A stretch of DNA of 62,211 bases, filler included. It is 8 parts of 8 records of this genome, joined end to end, with 100 filler letters (N's around TTAATTAATTAA, not from the genome) between each part and the next. Parts side by side here need not be neighbours in the genome. Positions count along the whole stretch, not along the records: positions 56,157 to 62,211 come from SRR31147125_43701; 7 more parts are not named here. The stretch is one strand, 5' to 3'. Shown here piece by piece: positions 56,276 to 62,211 of this stretch. Both the position numbers and the translations under genes were made by a program. Below the pieces are notes generated by a model. The model was not told where the DNA came from, ran no database searches, and saw nothing but the letters and a program-made list of their open reading frames with translations. The first letter of the stretch is position 1; each line of letters starts with the position of its first letter.

Positions 56276-57301
56276 TTAAAAGGCACCTTCCAAAAACACA
56301 CGAATATTCAATACTAGAGGGGTAGTAACATAATACCAACCCCAGTCCCGTGGAACAGCATGATTATTATCAAGAAGATAATTATCGGTATTGGTGAATG
56401 GACCATTCTCTTCATCGCTGGAATAATATATTACATCCTTTACGGTAACGGCAGAAACCAAAGCATCATCAAATGCAGAGTTTGTCACCGATGATGATGA
56501 AACGCGAGTATTCAGCGATAAAGAATTTAGACCACCACTTCCATCCGTATTCATCCAAAATACACAACTATCTACAATTGCCGTTTCGCGTTTTTCATAG
56601 TAAAGTGCTGACCCCTCATTAGCGATATTTTGTACAAAGCTACAGTGGTCAAAACTGGAGTTACCAATTTGATTCCGGTTCTCTAAGCAGGCAAGAGCGC
56701 CACCCTGATCTGCAGTATTAGACTCAAATAGACAGTTTTCAAATGCAACAGCATTTTGGACTGATGCCGCACCACCTTCTACTGAAGATATGTTTTCAAT
56801 AAAATGACATTTATTTATCAGAGGAGCAGCACCATTTTCCAGCAACAATCCTCCCCCACCTTTTCCATCTGTCGCGTTTCCCTTACAAATAACAAAACCG
56901 TCCAATACCGTTTCGCTATTCAAAACACCTGAATAGGATACAACATGATAGCAGTTATCGGAAATATTATCGCCTACTCCAATATCGCCACTTAAGATCG
57001 ATCTATTATTATGGACATTGCGATCACCCAGAGATACTTCTCCACCAAAAAATCCGCCGTACAATTTAACGTCGCTTTTTAATACGAAACTATCGTCCCG
57101 ATTGACTCCGGGAGTGTATGTGCCTTGAGCAACCCAGATCTCATCTCCGGACTGAGCTACCGATAGGGCATTTTGGAGCGAAGCATAGGCACCTTGCCAA
57201 AATCCGTCGCTCAGATCATTGTCTACATAAATTACTCCTGAATAAGCAAAAGCCGCCGAAACCAGCATGACAAACATCATTTTCAGAAGTATTTTTTTCA
57301 T
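56276..57301 (-). CDS. Secreted beta-helix (pectin-lyase fold/PMP-like) protein
   Basis: IYVD…W..AYASLQNAL, DEIWVAQGTYTP, LYGGF.G.E, ILSGDIG, GGA repeats. Confidence 0.8.
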   Translation of the reverse strand: MKKILLKMMFVMLVSAAFAYSGVIYVDNDLSDGFWQGAYASLQNALSVAQSGDEIWVAQGTYTPGVNRDDSFVLKSDVKLYGGFFGGEVSLGDRNVHNNRSILSGDIGVGDNISDNCYHVVSYSGVLNSETVLDGFVICKGNATDGKGGGGLLLENGAAPLINKCHFIENISSVEGGAASVQNAVAFENCLFESNTADQGGALACLENRNQIGNSSFDHCSFVQNIANEGSALYYEKRETAIVDSCVFWMNTDGSGGLNSLSLNTRVSSSSVTNSAFDDALVSAVTVKDVIYYSSDEENGPFTNTDNYLLDNNHAVPRDWGWYYVTTPLVLNIRVFLEGAF

Positions 57302-57595
57302 TTATTCCTCTCTCAACGCCCAAAATTACTCATGCGAAACCGCTTAAACAAGGGCTTTGAAAGAGTTTAAGTTTAATTAACCTGCTCATAACTTATTATT
57401 AACTAATATTGATGAAATCTTAAAGAAAAAGAGCAAAATGCTTAGAGCTTAGGGTTTAAGGCTTAGAGGGAGCGTGCGTGAAAGTGTGAGAGAATGACGT
57501 TTACACGCAATGTTAATCTTTCTTTCAATCCTTAATTTTATGTCTTGCTTCTTTTTCCGAATATCGCAAAATTTGAGTATAAATAAGGGATCGTA

Positions 57596-58615
57596 ATGAA
57601 AAACAAGATCATATTAACTATTTTGACTTTAACCCTATGTTCTTTTCTATTCTCAGCTGAACTCAATATTGGTATCACCGGCAACAATCGCGGACTTCTG
57701 ACACCTTGCGGTTGCAAAATTCCCAGCGGTGGTTTAGCCAGGATATCAACGGCAATAGATAAAATAAAGTCTCCAAAACTGATAATAGGTGCCGGAAATC
57801 ACTTTTTCCATCATACACCCATGCCCAAGGAAGATCAGATCTTTGAACAACAAAAAGCGGCCTTCCAGGCAAAAATGTTCGATCAATTGGAATATGATGT
57901 GATCAATGTCGGACAGTTTGATCTATGCTACGGACTGAATGTGCTTAAATCCATGCAAAAAGCGTATTCACTGCCCCTGATCTCTGCAAACCTTTTGGAT
58001 TTAAATGATGAGCTTGCTTTTCCACCGTATCAGATCATCCAAAAAGATGATTTCAGCATCATGTTCGTTGGAATTTGTCACTTACAAAACGGTTTTAATT
58101 ATAAGATCGCCGATCCTACGAAAACTTTGATCCAAATGCATGAAAAAGGCATTTTTGAAAAAGCGGATCTTGTAATTCTTCTTGCCGATGTACCGGGAAA
58201 ACTGCTTTCTGATTTTGTTAAAGATTTTGAAGGCATTGATATTATTATTGCAGCCAAGGAATACACTTTTACCGCCTTGCCCGTTCATTATAATAATACA
58301 GCACTTGTACAAATGGGATCCCAAGGTAAACATTTTGGGATATTAAACCTGTCTCATAAAGAAAATAACACCGAGTGGATTGATATTTCGCCATTGAGAT
58401 TCCAACATAATTCACTCAAAGCAGCTCTTAAAGAGAATCCCGGGAATAAAAAGAAATACCAAAGACAAATAAAGCGATCTAAAAAGCAACTGAAACACTT
58501 TATAAAAGACAATCCCAACTACTACGGCCTGGAAATGATCTTATTGGATGATTCGATCAAGGATGACCCCTCAATAAAGATACAGCTTGAGGAATTTGAT
58601 AAAAAGAGACAATAA
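57596..58615 (+). CDS. UshA/5'-nucleotidase-like metallophosphoesterase-fold protein with PCGC motif
   Basis: Signal peptide, G.LTPCGC…GGLAR, degenerate GAGN and NVGQFDL motifs, GSQGKHFG. Confidence 0.7.
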   Translation: MKNKIILTILTLTLCSFLFSAELNIGITGNNRGLLTPCGCKIPSGGLARISTAIDKIKSPKLIIGAGNHFFHHTPMPKEDQIFEQQKAAFQAKMFDQLEYDVINVGQFDLCYGLNVLKSMQKAYSLPLISANLLDLNDELAFPPYQIIQKDDFSIMFVGICHLQNGFNYKIADPTKTLIQMHEKGIFEKADLVILLADVPGKLLSDFVKDFEGIDIIIAAKEYTFTALPVHYNNTALVQMGSQGKHFGILNLSHKENNTEWIDISPLRFQHNSLKAALKENPGNKKKYQRQIKRSKKQLKHFIKDNPNYYGLEMILLDDSIKDDPSIKIQLEEFDKKRQ

Positions 58616-58786
58616 GCAAGCTCCAATAAGCAATTGAATATAGACTGCAGATCTCAAATTATTGATTTTAGATAGATTTATAATTTTAAATTCAAGATCA
58701 TCAATCCATCAAAGATTAATGATCAACAATCAGCCATCTGCATTCTTTTTGTTTCTTGGAATTTGGCTCTTGGCTCTTGTTTTGCC

Positions 58787-61360
58787 TTATTCAGGCAAAA
58801 CAACCGTTCTACTCTTTCTTCCCACAGAATTGAATGCAGCGATCTTAATCGTATCATTTGCATTCACTTTAAAGGGCTTTTTGTAAAGCTTTGAGTTCTC
58901 GGTAGGCTCACTGCCATCAAGTGTATATCGTAAAACTAAACCCGGAAAACGGATATTCGCTTTTAATTCATCATTCTCAATAATAGCACCCGGCAAAGGA
59001 ATCCTGTAATTCACTTCCCTATGATCCAATCGAGGAAGCTCAACCTGCCCCAGTTTGTTTACAAAGCGATTCCAATCCTCTTCCCTTTTTGCAATTCTTT
59101 CTTCCTTATCCTCGATCAATGCCCATTCGGGTTGTTTGCTCCAAGCGCGTTCGGCAAGTCCGAGTATCTTGGGGTAAGCCATATATTCCATGCGATCCCA
59201 GATGCGCATGGTTTCGCTCCACAGAGTTCCGGATAAGCCTAGAATATTCTTCTTGCCCTTTTCGGTCAGAGCTTCTTTGCCAACAAAGAGCTCTTCATCC
59301 ACAGTGTATCCATATAATGTCTCTTCTGCACATTTTGTTATATCGTATGGAGTAAATTCCCAAGCGGACCTCGTATCGGTGTAACCGCCCCAATATAATC
59401 CGGGTTCTTGAGGGTCTTTGTTGTAAGCAAAATCAAAATAAAAATTATTTGCACCCATCAAAACAACAGGGAAACCTTTATTTGCCAACATATTTCCTAA
59501 ATCTTCAGATCCCCAACCCCAGACATTATTCCAGATATAGGCTACAATATGTTCACCAACAAGCGAAGGATCCGGATAACGTTTCCTGCCTTCATGTTTG
59601 CATGCTACCTCTTCCCAACCGGCAGTATTGACGCCGTAAACATCCAACATAGCTTTTACACGCATTGTAAAGTATTTATGCAGATCGGAAGGAGCATTGT
59701 ATTCATTTTGACTGTCAAGAAAAGCTTGGCAAACAGGTGAGTTTTCAAAAGCACCTCTTGGGACCTCATCTCCGCCAATGTGCAAGGTTGTCAGTGGCGC
59801 ACCGGCTTCTTGATACATTGCTACAAGTTCATCAATGACCATTTGTACAAATCGGAAAGTAGATTCCATACAAGGGTTCGCGGTATTATCATGATATCTT
59901 TGAGCAGATGTATAATAAGTATCGTCATCAAAGTCTGTAAGCAGGTACATTTCTGCCGAATCTGCTTTATCTTCGCTCATGTACTTATCATATCTGACTT
60001 CCATGGCTTTTACTGCCGATCTCATATGTCCCGGCATATCGATTTCGGGAATAACCTCAACATGTCTTCTTTTGGCGAATTTCAAGAGCTCTATAAAATC
60101 TTCTCGACTGTAATAACCACTTCCATTGCCAACTTCCGGATCGGCATAAGGCCCGGATCCAAGCGTAGGTTGAAGATGATCTTTTTCGTCTTTCGTATGA
60201 CCTCTGAAAGCGCCGATATCCGTTAATTCCGGAAGTCCCTTGATCTCAACACGCCAACCTTCGTCATCAGTAATATGAAAATGAAGTTTATTCATCTTGT
60301 AACTTGCAAGCAATTCAATGAACTTCATGACATCATGTTTGTTGTGAAATGATCGGGAAACATCCAAATGCATGCCTCGATATTCAAAACGGGGAGCATC
60401 CTCTATTTTAAGCCTGGGCACAGTCACAAAGGATCTAGGCTCTTCATAAATATTCACGGGAAAAAGCGATAACAAGCTTTGGATACCGTAAAATACACCC
60501 GCTGCATCAGCACCGGTGATCAATACTCCAACATTGGGGTCTATTTCTAAAGTATACGAACCGGGCTCACCATCTTGAATATTCAGTATGATCCTCTGAT
60601 CATTATATTTTGCAAATTGCGAGCTTCTGAATTTGTAGATTTTTATTGTGGTTTTAAGAGCTTTTTGCAATTTGTCGCGAAGATATTTTGCTTCGTTGCC
60701 TAAAGATTGATAGTAATAGATCTCTTGCCTTCTTGTAATATCAAAATCCTCACCCTGAATTATAATATCTTGCGGTGTAGGAAATACCGGTAATAAGTTT
60801 TCAAGTTTCAGTTTCGATATTTCTTCATTCTCAGCATAACGCAAAGCTGCCGTTTGTACCGGTCGTTTATCTGAAGCTGAACGGAAAAGTTCTTCTTTGG
60901 GAAATTCCAGCACTTTGGTGGGATCGGAGGGCAGAATAATTTCCTTACCAAGTCCCCGCTTTACTACAAAATAGCAACCTGTAATAGCATCAGTAAAATT
61001 CAATCCGTAATGGCTTCCGATCAAAGGAAAGGAAACACTTTCACCGGGCTTAAGTTCTTCAAAAAGCTCTGTCGGATAAATCTTGCTCAGGTCACCATTA
61101 ATGGTTTCGCCGTCAATGATCTTTGCTTCTTGCTCATCACCAACTGAACGGAACCAGTTAAAATATAAAACCCAATTATCATTCTTGAGTGTGTATTTAG
61201 AGTTATTGGTAAAAGTGACCTCTGATTTGTGCAGACTGCTACCCTGATATTGATTATCCAGTAATTGCCAGGATACATCAATACTTCCATCTTCTTTACC
61301 ACAGGAGATCATTAGCAAACCCGCGATCAATAATAAGGTAAACACTTTCATTATTCTCAT
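58787..61360 (-). CDS. GH20 beta-N-acetylhexosaminidase (chitobiase-type) lipoprotein
   Basis: Lipobox MISC, DAPRFEYRGMHLDVSR, HITDDEGWR, PEIDMPGH, HIGGDE, C-terminal YTLDGSEP. Confidence 0.95.
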   Translation of the reverse strand: MRIMKVFTLLLIAGLLMISCGKEDGSIDVSWQLLDNQYQGSSLHKSEVTFTNNSKYTLKNDNWVLYFNWFRSVGDEQEAKIIDGETINGDLSKIYPTELFEELKPGESVSFPLIGSHYGLNFTDAITGCYFVVKRGLGKEIILPSDPTKVLEFPKEELFRSASDKRPVQTAALRYAENEEISKLKLENLLPVFPTPQDIIIQGEDFDITRRQEIYYYQSLGNEAKYLRDKLQKALKTTIKIYKFRSSQFAKYNDQRIILNIQDGEPGSYTLEIDPNVGVLITGADAAGVFYGIQSLLSLFPVNIYEEPRSFVTVPRLKIEDAPRFEYRGMHLDVSRSFHNKHDVMKFIELLASYKMNKLHFHITDDEGWRVEIKGLPELTDIGAFRGHTKDEKDHLQPTLGSGPYADPEVGNGSGYYSREDFIELLKFAKRRHVEVIPEIDMPGHMRSAVKAMEVRYDKYMSEDKADSAEMYLLTDFDDDTYYTSAQRYHDNTANPCMESTFRFVQMVIDELVAMYQEAGAPLTTLHIGGDEVPRGAFENSPVCQAFLDSQNEYNAPSDLHKYFTMRVKAMLDVYGVNTAGWEEVACKHEGRKRYPDPSLVGEHIVAYIWNNVWGWGSEDLGNMLANKGFPVVLMGANNFYFDFAYNKDPQEPGLYWGGYTDTRSAWEFTPYDITKCAEETLYGYTVDEELFVGKEALTEKGKKNILGLSGTLWSETMRIWDRMEYMAYPKILGLAERAWSKQPEWALIEDKEERIAKREEDWNRFVNKLGQVELPRLDHREVNYRIPLPGAIIENDELKANIRFPGLVLRYTLDGSEPTENSKLYKKPFKVNANDTIKIAAFNSVGRKSRTVVLPE

Positions 61361-61388
61361 CTCTTTTCCTTTCACTTTGCATTTTCTA

Positions 61389-62211
61389 TCATATCCAGGA
61401 AGTGAATTTCTTCCTGATCTTCGTTTCATTATTCCTTACAGCCTGTTGACCAACTTCGATCAGTTCTTCAACATGCTCAAAATCCATATTGTACGCACCT
61501 TTATAGGCCTCAATTGCAACCGTTGCCTTAACTTTCCGATGCGTGTTCTTTAATGCGCAAGACATGGCTCTGAACATGACTTCAAAGCTATTTTTCATAT
61601 CTGATCTATTTACTCGCCTGATGGGTGACACATCCACTGACAAGATCTTCCTATATCCCATGTCTCTGGCGATATTCACGGGCATATTATCCGCAAACGC
61701 ACCATCAACATAAAGGCCGTCCACCATATTATATGGTTCAAAAAATGGTGGAATTGCCATTGAGCATCTTATGGCCTCGGCAAGATTGCCTTTTGTGAAT
61801 ATTTTCTCTCTGCTGCTGAGCAGATCCACGGCATTTGTGGCAAAAGGGATCTTTGTTTCTTCGATATCAATATTGTCGGTTACCTCTTTCAGTTTCTCCA
61901 GGATCTTTTCACCGGATTCAGCACCTAGTTTCGTTCTGAGATTGTTCAGTGCTTCTCCGGCCTGAAAGACTCTAACCAAAGGCCCTTCTCCCCATTTCAA
62001 TGTTTGCATGGTGGCGACCATTTCTTTGATATTAAACTCTTCCTTCATGTATTTTTCTATCCATTCGATAGACCTGCCGGAAGCGTATACACCTCCAACG
62101 ACGGAACCCATCGAGGTCCCGACGATCAATGAAGGTATAAGTTCTAAGCGTTCAAGTTCTTTGATAACGCCGATGTGAGCGATACCGTTACCACCACCAC
62201 CAGAAAGAACG
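61389..62211 (-). CDS. Patatin-like phospholipase, 5' partial
   Basis: LSGGGGNGIAHIG, GTSMG nucleophile motif, DGA. Confidence 0.92.
   Translation of the reverse strand, partial: VLSGGGGNGIAHIGVIKELERLELIPSLIVGTSMGSVVGGVYASGRSIEWIEKYMKEEFNIKEMVATMQTLKWGEGPLVRVFQAGEALNNLRTKLGAESGEKILEKLKEVTDNIDIEETKIPFATNAVDLLSSREKIFTKGNLAEAIRCSMAIPPFFEPYNMVDGLYVDGAFADNMPVNIARDMGYRKILSVDVSPIRRVNRSDMKNSFEVMFRAMSCALKNTHRKVKATVAIEAYKGAYNMDFEHVEELIEVGQQAVRNNETKIRKKFTSWI

Overview
This window is not one genomic locus. It is eight unrelated contigs joined by seven artificial 100-nt N/TTAATTAATTAA linkers, which is typical of a concatenated metagenome assembly. Many genes carry single-base frameshifts in homopolymer runs, most likely sequencing errors. 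Taxonomic labels below are inferred from gene content and composition. (1) 1-9258, Desulfuromonadales-like: two tandem HDOD-GGDEF diguanylate cyclases, an MlaE/F/D-PqiC operon, and a phosphoglucomutase. (2) 9359-19149, Desulfobacterales-like: rpmH-rnpA-yidD-yidC-jag-mnmE followed by a perfect parS site, plus rng and a radical SAM gene. (3) 19250-24789, Clostridia-like: HEAT-repeat protein, M6 protease, DtxR regulator, ArsR with a membrane-fused methyltransferase, and a nucleoside phosphorylase. (4) 24890-36901, Desulfobacterales-like: type IV minor pilin cluster, a PilY1 with a poly-Thr linker, a GT-C-like/TPR membrane protein, a GT2 enzyme, and an integrase scar. (5) 37002-43713, Bacteroidota housekeeping genes. 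(6) 43814-48837, low-GC organism: tRNA 3' end and oppABCD. (7) 48938-56056: cheAWBR and a sigma54-driven secreted protein. (8) 56157-62211: secreted protein, UshA-like CxC protein, GH20 hexosaminidase, and patatin. The best candidate for an undescribed system is in contig 4: a possible lipid-donor (GT2 + GT-C-TPR) protein O-glycosylation module next to a PilY1 adhesin with a 27-residue Thr/Ser tract. This is inference only. No CRISPR array, rRNA or intact mobile element was seen.
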